NCBI GenBank assembly: GCA_024626585.2
Contig: JANKJI020000004.1
Span: 143,895,808-143,916,319 of the forward strand
Length of the DNA stretch: 20,512 nt
Direction: 5' to 3'
DNA from: Ginkgo biloba
Taxonomy: Eukaryota > Plantae > Ginkgophyta
Shown: positions 1 through 11,484 of the stretch, one piece after another
Layout of the letters: each line of letters starts with the position of its first letter
Numbering within the stretch: position 1 is the first letter of the stretch
The notes under the pieces: model-generated
Told to the model about the DNA's origin: nothing
The model's input: the letters and a program-made list of their open reading frames with translations, nothing else
Database searches by the model: none
Position numbers and translations under genes: made by a program

Positions 1-1250
1 GATGTTTGAAGCACCAATATTACAATTTTTGAATTATAAGGAGACCTTCCATGACCATGTGGATTCTTCAATTATCGCAATTAGATGTATTTTGGCACAA
101 CCTAGTACTGAAAAAATTGACCATCCCATATATTTTATGACCAGGAAGATGTATAAGGATGATATCAATTATTTCACAATAGAGTGGGAATCCTTAAGAA
201 TGATATATTCCATCCATAATTTTTGACGTTATTTATTGGAGAACAAGTTTAGTTTTTTGTTGATCATCAAGTGCTTAAATATATCATCAACAAGCCTATT
301 CAATAAGGATGACTGAGTAAATGGATATTTCTATCATAGGAATATGATTTTAATTTTTTTTTCTTAAGCCTAAGAAATCACATATGGGATTGGATCACCT
401 ATCATAGATAGATAATGCATAGGAGGAGAAATTTAATGATGAATTTTCATATGTACATCTACTCTAGATAGACATTATTCTAAATGAATTCTAGGAAATA
501 AAAACATATGTATCCATGGGTTGAATCCAAAGGATTATATGACTGTAGATAAAAATAAATTGGAAAGAAAGTATTTAATATACATCTTAATTGGGGGGTA
601 ATTATAAAAGTTGGAGAAGGATGAGGTACTAGGAAGGTGTGTGAATTTAAAAGAAATTTTGGATGTTCTCCCTAAATATCATGATATAATTGTAGGAGGA
701 AATAATTATATAGAAAAGACAATAAGAAAGGTGTTATTGGAAGGATTATGATGACCTACTTTCTTTAAATATGAAAAATACTAGTACAAAAGGTGTGATG
801 TGTGCTAAAGGGTAGGGTAACCTACTATCCAATATTTTGTGTCGTTGAATTTGATTAGAACTCAAATTCCCTTTAAGAAATGAGGAATTGATTTTGTGGG
901 ACCANNNNNNNNNNNNNNNNNNNNNNNNNNNNNNNNNNNNNNNNNNNNNNNNNNNNNNNNNNNNNCAAATGGGTGAAATAATGATCTATAAGGGATAATA
1001 GTGATAATACCATGGAGAAATTATTTTATGGATATATTATTATAAGGTTTAGATGTCCACTAGAAGTGATCAGTGATAGAGGAACCTATTTTCTCAATAA
1101 AGTAATAGAGAGTTTAAAATTTGAATTCATGATGCAACATATGAAGAGTACCCACTACTATCCAAGATGTAATAGATTGTCAAAATATTCCAATAATATT
1201 TAATGTAATATTTTGACAAAAAATTATGAAGTTAGAAGGAAATATTAGTC
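1..1250 (+). mobile_element. Degenerate Ty3/gypsy (non-chromovirus, Athila/Tat-like) pol fragment: RNase H + integrase
   Basis: APILQF..FHDHVDSSIIAIRCILAQP..IDHPIYF..NY..E.E.L.MIYSIHNF*RYLLENKF, then DHQVLKYIINKP (RT-RNase H). Next come GL**PT..KRCDVC*RVG (integrase zinc-binding), PFKK*GIDFVGP, and FRCPLEVISDRGTYFLN..HMKSTHYYPRCN (integrase core). Many stops and frameshifts; N gap at 905-965. Confidence 0.93.
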
Positions 1251-2766
1251 TAAAATTTCAAAGGATAATAAAGATTATAATAAAAGCCTAAAATGTGACA
1301 TTTGGAAACAAATTGTTCTATAAAAGTATAATCACAGGAAAATAATTTTTTTTTCCACTAGATACAAGGTAGCAACATTGTAAAAGTATGTGACTCCATT
1401 ACAAAGCATAGAATGATATAATATTAGACCCACATTAAAAATAGGTGCTAGATTATGATCATGTTAAAGGTTGTGATTCTTCACCAACCAAATATGGCAT
1501 AAGAANNNNNNNNNNNNNNNNNNNNNNNNNNNNNNNNNNNNNNNNNNNNNNNNNNNNNNNNNNNNNNNNNNNNNNNNNNNNNNNNNNNNNNNNNNNNNNN
1601 NNNNNTTAGAGATTATTATTCCACACGAGTATACCATTATAGAGTTAATTAATGCTAACACAAATATGGGTCCACTATCTATATACATAATATTTAAAAG
1701 TATTTAAGTATAAACTCTATCCTTGGAAGCAAGCACTTTTTTGGTCTACTGGATGAATCTCCTCCTCAATGATGGCAACAATTAGATCTCTCCCTTCACC
1801 CTACATGGGTACAAATCTCGCATTGAAGTCTTTGACCTAGTGGATGGCAAGGGGGAGTTCATCCATGTTCATAATTTTAGAAGAAAGCGAGACTGGAGGA
1901 TCGCTTGGTTTATGTTAGCTTAATTGTGGCTCAATTTTATTGAGCGATGTCATCCTAGTTGTGACTGAGTTCACAACTTTGTAGGGAGCAATTTTAGAGG
2001 TTCTGAACATTGACTTGTATTTATTATAGTTTTGGCATTTTCTTAGCCAAGTGTTGTGCTTTTGGCCTTGTGTTGATTCAAGAATTTTAACCTAGTGTAC
2101 TTCTAATTATAGTTCTCGGTGTTTATGGTTCACATCTCTATAGTCAGTGGTTATTACTATTTGGACCATTGGGGACCATATATCTTGCAACCAACTCTCT
2201 CTTTCTCTCCTAAGTGTCTATAGGTGTACTTAATACATGATTTCTATGATCACTGCTATAGAAGCATTGCTCAACCCTACACGATTCTCTCTCACTTTTA
2301 GAGTCACATTTGTCAATCTTTACCTACATTTTCATGGTGGTTTCCTTTAGGGTTTGTAGGAAGTTTATTATGCCTTATATGGCTTTAGCTTTTGGAGTTT
2401 AGAATTTTTGTGTATCTTATTATAACCCTATGCTTCAGATCCCTACGTGGCCTGATACATAGGGTTTGTTTGTGTTTAAGTTATTGAAACCCTACGTAGT
2501 AACCCTTAAAGGTTAGCTTACAGGGTTTTGTTTTATGATTGTTGTATTATAACTCTATGCATGGGTTCTATTGATCTCATCTTATGTTCTAACACCTTAC
2601 ATGGTGACCAAGTTATCTCCAAGCCTAAGGGTAATACCTTGCCTTTAAGGTGTCACATTATTGAGGTCACTTGGCTTTTAGGAATGGGTGGTTGCAAAGT
2701 TGCCCACCCCTTTTATTATAATATGTTGTAACTTTTTCCATTTTAAAAAGATTAATGAAGATTATA

Positions 2767-2788
2767 TAGATAGATAGATAGATAGATA
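2767..2788 (+). repeat. (TAGA)5 microsatellite
   Basis: tagatagatagatagatagata is directly visible. Confidence 0.9.
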
Positions 2789-3069
2789 TTTTCAACAAAA
2801 AAAGTATAAAATCTATCCTTAACTTTTGTTGGTTTTATAATTAAGCATAACTAGTTTAATAATTTTAAACTAGGATTAAATTTTAATAAAAAATATACAT
2901 AACATTAATAAAGCAATATAAATATATATGTACTCTAAATAATTTAAAAAATAGGTATCAATTTAANNNNNNNNNNNNNNNNNNNNNNNNNNNNNNNNNN
3001 NNNNNNNNNNNNNNNNNNNNNNNNNNNNNNNNNNNNNNNNNNNNNNNNNNNNNNNNNNNNNNNNNNTAA

Positions 3070-4325
3070 TTATGCACTAGCGGGCCCCCCATGGAGAATC
3101 CACTTAAGAACTCCAAAGAAAATGGAAAACGGATAGTGGAATCTTATGTTTCATGGGAATTCGCTGCATGACCTCTCTCTGTGCCTCTAAAAAGGGGTCG
3201 CTTCTATTTTTGAATTCATTTTATAAAAGAGATACGTTCACAGGGTATTTGGTGCAATTATGTGTAGGTGTTTGAGATGCTAACACATGGTAGGCCATTG
3301 TCGCCTCGTCCCTTGCATTCAAAGAAAAGAGAAAAAGGGCTCGAGACTTAGTGATTTTTGGGAGAAAAGTCCTATGGGCCTTAGATTTAATGTGATTGTG
3401 ACACGTGGTAGTAGTTCGGGGCTCCTCCCCTTACCAAAATTCTCCCCTTTGAAGTTAAATTAAGTGGAAATGGTATGTTAGCGTAGGAGCCACGAGATCA
3501 CACCACGTTGCACGATCCCATGCCTCCTAGGCTCGCGATAGAAGGGAACTCCAAGTCAAAGCAAGGTTCAAAAGGGGTGTGGGCCTGGGCTCCTAGACAT
3601 GTGATAGGTGGCACTCCCCTCGGGGCTCCTCCCCGCGAGGTGTTACAAGGGCATAGTGCGAAGTGAAAAGAGCATGTGGGGACCAAGTCGTCGAGANNNN
3701 NNNNNNNNNNNNNNNNNNNNNNGGGAGTGAAGGCCTCAACAAAAGGAAAAAAGGGAGGGGACCATGGGGTCTCATCTCCACGATGACACCATGCGGCGCC
3801 ATCCCGAAACCCCTCCCCATGCGTAGTTCAAACACAAAGACAAGGAGATAAAGGGATAGCGCCTAAAGTGTTGAGAGACTCTAAAGGCTCCCATGATGAC
3901 GCCATATGGTGCCATCCTAGAAGCTCTTCTCCCCCTTGCCCTAACTCAAATGGAGGTCACACACCCAAATGGACCTACAAGCCGCTAAGTGTCAACATCT
4001 CGAGGGGCTCCTTCCCCCAAGTTCATTTTAAAACAATGAGAAAGGGCCAACACCTCCAATTCAAGATGGAATCTTACTAGGCTCTGCGATAACACCATCC
4101 TAGGGGCTCCTCCTCCTCGCACCCATCTCAAAAAGGGAAAAACGAAGGTAGAAGTGATTTGCAATCTTAAGGGCTCGCGTGATTGATCGTGTGAGCTCTT
4201 AGGGGCACACAGTAACTCAATGAAGAAAGGAACTACGCCTAACATAAAATGCAGAATTCACTCACAGAGGGAGGATATCAAGGGCCTGATTTACAGATAA
4301 TATATGGGCTCGATGACAGGAAAAT
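3070..4325. repeat. GC-richer non-coding segment with dispersed GGGGCTCCTCCCC motifs; probably TE LTR/UTR or subterminal sequence
   Basis: Motif copies at 3418-3430, 3622-3634, 4004-4018 and 4103-4116. Degenerate 30-mer duplication at ~3779 and ~3891 (ccacgatgacaccatgcggcgccatcc / ccatgatgacgccatatggtgccatcc). Bounded by gaps; no convincing ORF. Confidence 0.45.
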
Positions 4326-5469
4326 NNNNNNNNNNNNNNNNNNNNNNNNNNNNNNNNNNNNNNNNNNNNNNNNNNNNNNNNNNNNNNNNNNNNNNNNNNN
4401 NNNNNNNNNNNNNNNNNNNNNNNNNAATAAGATATACCATATACCCAAGATATCCAATAATGGCAAGATGGGAATTATTCTTAACACATTAACAAGGACA
4501 TAACTAAACCCTTAGTGTAGGTGCCTCTCTAAGAGCAAGTTCAAGTAGATGACATTGACCATCAATATGAGGGATAACAAATTGATCTTTTCACTCTAAA
4601 GTATGCATGTGATATTGTGGAGTAGGTGAAGCCTTTTCTTGAACATATTTATGAATGATTCTATGCATTTTATATGTAGACTAATTTGAAAAGGGAAAAT
4701 TATGGTCAGTGTTTTTATTATAGGTGCTCCCACATTTAATGCCCTGGTGCATGCATTTGTACAAGGCGTTCCCAATGTTTGTAATGGTTTTACTAATGGT
4801 CCTTCATTTCTTATAGTCAAATTTTAAGAACATAGTATATCTTCTTCTGTGCATGTAATTGGATATGAGGGGGTGTGGGACAACCCGACTGGGGTGCAGT
4901 TGAGCCAAGTTATTTTGAACCCTAGCATGTATGTGTATGAGGTAACCTCTAATCCCTCAGTTGGTATCCTGGAGTCAATTAGTACTCAACCACCCTTAGA
5001 AACCCGTCTCCTTAGTGGTATATAGGTTCCTCTAGTCAACACCTAAGAGGTGGTCAATTTGTTAGACCCAGCTAAAAATGTGTCCTCAGTTGAGGACACT
5101 TTGCTTATGGATGTGAGAGGTAAAGAGCCTCATCGTCTAAATCACATTATCACAATTAAAGATTTAGTTAAATAAGGGGTGGATTTAGAAGAGGCTATGG
5201 ATCATTTGTCCTCCAAATAATGGATATATAGGAGGACTGTGGTGAGGATGAGATGGCATTTAATCTTAATGATGAAGATGCATATCGCGAAAGGAAGGAA
5301 GCCCTAGAGAAAAAGGGAGTANNNNNNNNNNNNNNNNNNNNNNNNNNNNNNNNNNNNNNNNNNNNNNNNNNNNNNNNNNNNNNNNNNNNNNNNNNNNNNN
5401 NNNNNNNNNNNNNNNNNNNTGGGATTTAGATACCTTTCATTACTATTTTCCTTAGAACAGGTATCGAAA

Positions 5470-5850
5470 AATTTTCTTGTGCAAGGCACATGGTCTGTTG
5501 TAGGGTCTATAACACATATCCAATCTTAGAGGGAGGATTTTGATTTGTATAATATGAATGAATCCCATTATCCCCTTTGGATTGAATTCCCCAATGTGTT
5601 GGATCAAGCTAAGTCTTGTGTTAAGGCAATAGCTAAAAGATTTGGTAAGGTTATTATTTGTGATAAGGGGAATTCTACTTATAGGGAAATCCCTTAGGTG
5701 TGTGTTAAAGTTAATCTTACCATAAATATACCTCATAGGGTTACGTTATTTGATAGTTGTAGACCATTTATTTAAAAAATAAGATATCTAAATTTTGCAA
5801 ATTCCTACTTTGTGTTCAAACCCCCAGACCATCATGTGAAATATTATGCC
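5470..5850 (+). mobile_element. Degenerate L1-clade LINE ORF1 (DUF4283 domain + CCHC zinc knuckle)
   Basis: One continuous frame: FLVQGTWSVVGS..S*REDFD..YPLWIEFPNV..KAIAKRFGKV..P*VCVKVNLTINIP..KIRYLNFANS-YFVFKPPDHHVKYY. This fits the plant LINE ORF1 pattern GPW..W..P.W..LP..IG..RVCV.VDL..LP..Y..LP.CF.C....H....C. The CX2CX4HX4C spacing is kept, with Cys decayed to Tyr/Phe. Confidence 0.8.
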
Positions 5851-6549
5851 CATAGAAGAAATAAAGTTATTAAAAATGATTTTAAAAAAGTTACTAATTA
5901 AGGGGATATGATTATTTAGGAGGATTAGGTTGATCATTGTATGATTGTGGTTCCCTTAAAATATGTCCCTCACTCAAATGAAATCCAACAAAAAAAGGGT
6001 AAAGGAAAGTAATTTGTAGGGAATGTCTTGGAATATTCTAAAGGATGGAAGGTTAAGCNNNNNNNNNNNNNNNNNNNNNNNNNNNNNNNNNNNNNNNNNN
6101 NNNNNNNNNNNNNNNNNNNNNNNNNNNNNNNNNNNNNNNNNNNNNNNNNNNNNNNNNNATAAGATAGAGGATAAGTGAATAATGGATTTTTGGCATTAAT
6201 AAATAATACAAGATAAGACAAAGAACATCCATGATAGAAAAATCAAATGCATGAGAATACATGTGGGGGATTTAGTATTTCTATATGATAAAAAGTATAA
6301 GAGTATAAAATGGAAAATGTAAACTATATAGTTGGGTCTTATTAATGGAAAAATTCATAAATTAATTATGGGCGATATTTTATTCTATTATAATAGTAGA
6401 TGNNNNNNNNNNNNNNNNNNNNNNNNNNNNNNNNNNNNNNNNNNNNNNNNNNNNNNNNNNNNNNNNNNNNNNNNNNNNNNNNNNNNNNNNNNNNNNNNNN
6501 NNNNNNNNNNNNNNNNNNNNNNNNNNNNNNNNNNNNNNNNNNNNNNGTA

Positions 6550-7330
6550 ATCCTTGATTATAAAATGTTTGTGTCTAGGTTCCCTTATTAATGAAAGAAA
6601 AAATATTTTATGGATATTGGTAAAATTATAATGACCCACATTGTCATCTATCCTTCCATGAAATTATTAATGGCTTCATGTACCTTCTTGGTAGGAGGTT
6701 GAATGTATGACCTTCAAAATATTGAGGAAGCATATGAATAATAAATAAAAGGGGGTAATCATCTTTGTAGATCAAATCTTATTGTCCACTAGTACAATAA
6801 AAAACTACTCTCTGTTTGGTATTTTCTATAATATTTTGTTGGTACATAAGATATTATGCCAGTGCATAGGATACCATGTCTATATGTGCATAAAGTGAAT
6901 GCACAAATTCATTACTTCATAGAATCACACTCATAAATATAAGGTTATGAAAAAAAATATGGTATGGCTTCCAAAAGCTGACAAACTTGTAGAAAAGTGT
7001 TGGAAGCATACACCTCACATGTGGCCTACGAACATGACTTGTACAAGCCTTTGAAGCAACCAAATAATTACACAATATATAAGAATATACTCTATACATC
7101 TATGTGATTGGTCCAAAAAATATAGCACAATATTACATAATATTCCAAGAAAGATCAANNNNNNNNNNNNNNNNNNNNNNNNNNNNNNNNNNNNNNNNNN
7201 NNNNNNNNNNNNNNNNNNNNNNNNNNNNNNNNNNNNNNNNNNNNNNNNNNNNNNNNNNCCTAAAATATGAGGAGTTTGTTCAAATGTTCTATCTTAAGAT
7301 TAGAGTTATCTTTGATGGTCTAGATTAGGG
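6550..7330 (+). mobile_element. Probable highly decayed LINE ORF2 (endonuclease region) remnants
   Basis: Lies downstream of ORF1 on the same strand. Weak traces: NVCV..NERKIF, LVGG (GDFN-like) and WLPKADKLVEKCWK (MWL....V...W motif after the EN domain). Interrupted by gaps. Confidence 0.4.
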
Positions 7331-7499
7331 GATCTTTCTTTATCCTCTTGTAATATAATCTATAAATTATTTTCTCTCTAATAAAAATGGATAAGAAAGT
7401 GATGCATGTGATATGTAAAAGAAATCTAGCCTATTTCTAAAGTTTTTTTTTTTCATATTGGATTTTCCACTATACATATTATGTGATTGTCTCTATTGT

Positions 7500-9950
7500 G
7501 GATGATTGTCTCTTATGATCTTGCTCATGCTTTGTTTATATTATTGATATTATCTTGATTATTTTTATTTTGATGAATATGCATGTTTTACTCACAATTT
7601 GATCTACAAGTTACCATAGAGCCACAAATATCCAAACAATTATCTTTCTAATACCATATACCAACTAAAAATGTGTCTTCCCTATGGCTTGTTTAAATTC
7701 ATTCTAAAATTTGATGATGCAGAATGTGAATTAGTAACCCAATCCTTTCTACTCACTTCACATGTCTTTATTATCACATTATTGAGAATATCATTATAAT
7801 ATTATCCAACCCATTACATATTGGATAATATAGAGTGATTTTCCTATGTTAAATTATAAATTCACTTATCAAGATATCCATAAACTTGTTTAGAAAAAGT
7901 GTGCATTTATTACTCACTAACTCTATAAGATATATAAATTATATTAGAACATTTTCATATAATAATCTTGTTGTAGTTATAGCATTGTCATCTCTAATAT
8001 ATTTTTCCTAATCCCACTTTGTGACATATTTAGTAACTATAATTACATACCTTTCCCATTCCTTCATATTGGTGGTTTAATAAGATATAATATCAATTCC
8101 CTTCTTCTCAAAAGAAAACTCTTCCCTCATAAGGTTTAATGACATGAAATATTTATTAGTAGGTTCCCCACCCTTTTTCCTACATCACACCATTTATAAT
8201 AAGAATGTGCATCTCTAAACATAGGTGAAAACTATAAATGGGATAATAAAATATTTCCTTCTAGTATTACACTTGAATTGTGATCCCTTACTATTCCCCC
8301 AGGTACTTATATGAGTATATATAGAATATCCTCCAACATAATGCATCATATGATTACTTTGTATTTACTTATTTTATAAACTTGTCCTGTAATGAGTTTA
8401 TAACTCATCACATTTATTTTTGACACACTCCAATATCACAGTGTCATCCTAGTAAAAATATTTCTTACATCTTATTAGGATTTGTGTCAACCTTTATGTT
8501 CTTTATTCTAGATAAATGGTTATGTCTACTATGAGATTAATTAGGTTTAAATAATATCTCATAATTATATTCTTGCAACAACATTATGAACATATTTAAT
8601 CTCCCTTGTTGAATAAGCTTATTTATAATGTACTTTAGTTCTTTATGGTCAAAATAGAATTAAAATTTATTTTCCAACAAGTAAATCCAAACTTTTTTCA
8701 CTAAGTAAATAATTCCCAATTCCTTTCTTTCCATCATGGGATAATTTATATTTTCCTTACTCAAATTCTTTCTATCAAAATATATGGGATGATCAATATT
8801 TTTAGTACCTTATTTTTCCACGATTAAACCAATCATAGTATTTGATGCATCCACATGTACATTAAAAATATCTTCCCATTTCAAAAATTTTAAAATTGTT
8901 GCTTTGGAAATTATATATTTTAATTCTTTAAATACCTTTTAGCATTCATCTATTCAAAATAATTCTTGATCCTTCCTTAAAATATTTTCCAAAGGACTTA
9001 CAATCATTACATATCCCTTTATAAACTTGCAGTAATATCAACCATGAACCAAAAATGTTTTGACTTAATATGGTTTCATAGGAGGTTTTAACTCAAAAAT
9101 AATCCTTACCTTGATTCGATCAACCGTTAAACCATATTTATAAAAAATATGTCCTAATAACATTTCAAATTGTGTTAACATTTCACATTTGTCTAAATTT
9201 AGTAAAATTCCAACATTCTTACATCTATGCAACATCGATCTCAAATAATTAATATGCATCTTGATGAATCCAAAAATTGAACAACCATCCAAATTAATAT
9301 CCAACAATTTATGAATCAAATATCTAAATATATATGCAAGAATTCACAAAAGTGAAATTGATGTATTTTTTAATTCAAATGGTATCATTTTATATTTATA
9401 GGATCCCCATTCTATAACAACTATGGTTTTTAATTGATCATTTAGATGAATTTAAATTTAATTATATCCAAAAAAATCCATTAGAGATGGAATAAATGTT
9501 TCTTCCAATTATAGTTTTTATCACTTCCTTAGTGAATGATGCCAGAAATAGATCCTTCTTCATCATACTATTTCGTTTTCTAAAATCCATATAAGTCCTC
9601 ATTTTTTCATTCTTATTTCTACTAATTACATTAGGTGATACCCATTAACTTTATTCCATTAGATAAATACATCCTATGCCCAAAGTTATATCTATTTCTT
9701 CAGGTGAAACTTTCTTATATTTTAGATTCATATTATAAGGTCACCATCTTACAAAATTTATTCCTTCCTCCAATTCAAGTTATAACTATCCTATTTTAGG
9801 CATAATGCCTCTCAAATCCTTGTATGTGCATTAAATAATATCTAAATACTATTTAAAAATTGCATGATCCAAATTCATAGTCTACTCATCAAAATTGTCA
9901 CGAAATTATATAGTTATTTCTTCACCATCTTTTTCACATTAAAGAGTTTT
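7500..9950 (-). mobile_element. Degenerate Ty3/gypsy pol (RT, RNase H, integrase), same family as the 1-1250 fragment
   Basis: Minus strand, in order: YKDLRGI..PYNMNLKY..WVSP..MRTYMDFRK..KDLF (RT start); LRSMLHRC..LLNLDKC..LLGHI..GLTVD..K (RT end, ORF 9065-9319); FNVHVDAS..IDHPIYF..YLLENKF..DHKELKYIINK (RNase H); YKLITGQVYK; CDV..RV; FEKKGID; TKYVTKW; LVSNK..FLN..HRKITLYYPICNG; GKTHF*LVYG (integrase). Confidence 0.92.
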
Positions 9951-11055
9951 GGTTTCATAAGGATGCTAATGTGGTCTATTCATATCTAAAATTTCTTCTT
10001 TATCCAACACTTTTTATCCTTTAATAAGTTTCTAGGAATTAACATATCAGAATATTATTCATTTCTAAACCAATAGTATTTTCTTTTAATTTTATCAAAT
10101 GTAAAATATACCATAATTTATTTGATTAATTATAAAATATCAAATACCTATATATATTCTTGAAAATAAAACTTAATTAATCCATTATGTAACATATCCC
10201 ATTCTTCAACTTTTTTGGTATTCTCTATATGAGTATACCATTGCTAAGGTATACCATATAATAAAAATCCTAATGCATCAATGAACTTATTATGTTGTTA
10301 GGGACAACTCTTAAGAATTTTAAACATTGACATATTAGTAAGCATTTATTTCAAATCTTTGACCATATAATAATCTTTGAGAATTGGAATAGTATGTAGC
10401 TTATGGAATGCCAAGTACAGTTACAACCAGTGTAGTTCCTCTTTAGGTTATTGCTATCACATTTGGCAAGCAAAAGGTTTGACAAAACAGTCATCCTTGA
10501 CAAGAAAAGAGGTCATGTTTGAGAAAATTTGCCAAAGACAAGAAACCATAAACCATTTTGTTAAATGTCTGATAAATGATATGAAGCAAATCAGGCAACC
10601 TTTGGAGATTGAAGGGTGTTGTGTCTTAATTTCATGGGGCTAAGTTTGCTGAAACATCATATGACAGAAGTTATGTGAATTTATTACTTTCTTGGCCATG
10701 CTTCAAATGTAAAAAATCAGAACCCCAGCCAAGGTTCGGTGAGTTTGGTGAGTTAGCTGTTAAGTGTTAATGTCTTTAAGTTCTAGAATCACTTTCTGTG
10801 GTTAATAAATAGGTTTTGCATTGAAAATGAGGAGTGTTGAGTATTGTGTTATCCGACAAATATGAGCAATAGATTCAGAAATCTCTCTATGAAGTTGTTC
10901 AACTCTAGAGAGATGTATGGCATAGCAAGATTGGGATCAGTGGCTGCATGCAAGTGTGTGCTTGTTTTGTTCACAAATTATTTGTAGATACAATGTAGAA
11001 ATTACATATCGCAGTTACAGTTCAAGGGAGATGACGAAGGTTGTTGCATGGTAGT

Positions 11056-11135
11056 AATTGCATCTTTAACAAACAGTCCATTGTCCCAGAAAGAACATTA
11101 GGAATCGCATCTTTGACAAACGGTCCATTGTCCCA
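11056..11135 (+). repeat. Direct repeat of a 33-bp unit (47-bp period)
   Basis: aattgcatctttaacaaacagtccattgtccca (11056-11088) vs aatcgcatctttgacaaacggtccattgtccca (11103-11135), 30/33 identical. Confidence 0.9.
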
Positions 11136-11235
11136 CACAATAATGGAAATCATAGTGCCAACAAATGATGTCATAGAGTATTCTCAACCCAATTGGGTCA
11201 CCAAGGCTTTTAGGATTTTACTGTAATCTCTATAA

Positions 11236-11243
11236 TATATAAA
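11236..11243 (+). promoter_or_regulatory. Candidate TATA box (TATATAAA)
   Basis: Consensus match within the CG/CHG-retaining island, ~100 bp upstream of a foldable segment. Such motifs are common in AT-rich DNA. Confidence 0.3.
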
Positions 11244-11343
11244 AAATTATTCATCCATTGATTAATGTGTAAACAATTTAAAATCTGTTCTAAACAATTT
11301 AAAATCTATGATGTGTTCGGCAAGTGAGAAGTGAATTTTTCTT

Positions 11344-11455
11344 GGGAGGTTGGCTCATGGGATCTTCATTTAGGCAGGTCAGCTCATGATTGAGATAAAG
11401 ATTGGTTTGCCCTGGCTTGCTTGTAAGGCCCACTCCCCAGTTGAGTTGACATCCC
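11344..11455 (+). ncRNA. Candidate structured RNA hairpin (unassigned family)
   Basis: 11344-11357 pairs with 11442-11455 (13/14, 3 G-U). 11371-11382 pairs with 11412-11423 (12/12, 4 G-U). Connecting helix tggg/ccca and tctt/aagg. No match to conserved plant miRNAs that I recall. Confidence 0.3.
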
Positions 11456-11462
11456 TCGCTTT

Positions 11463-11484
11463 CTCTCTCTCTCACACACACACA
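11463..11484 (+). repeat. Compound (CT)5(CA)6 microsatellite
   Basis: ctctctctctcacacacacaca, immediately followed by tttgcag. Confidence 0.9.

Noticed and set aside
1700-2730. Possible LTR of the first gypsy fragment
   Set aside because: Composition is LTR-like, but I could not identify TG..CA ends, a PPT or a second copy.
2528-2731. ORF with GMGG, resembling an NBS-LRR P-loop / miR482 site
   Set aside because: No GKT follows and there are no other NB-ARC motifs.
3852-3863. agggatagcgcc equals the 3' 12 nt of miR390
   Set aside because: The 5' seed is absent and there is no star arm or hairpin; a chance match.
4249-6639. Several listed ORFs containing X runs
   Set aside because: They are artefacts of translating through N gaps.
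10377-10643. 88-aa ORF and other short ORFs in the island
   Set aside because: Non-ATG starts and no recognisable domains; lengths are compatible with chance.
11056-11135. CRISPR-like repeat-spacer appearance
   Set aside because: Only two copies with a 14-bp spacer, a eukaryotic context and no cas genes.
11420-11430. cttgtaaggcc equals part of the TAS3 tasiR-ARF
   Set aside because: Only 11 nt match, and there are no proper flanking miR390 sites (the look-alike at ~10847-10867 has 4 extra nt and mismatches).
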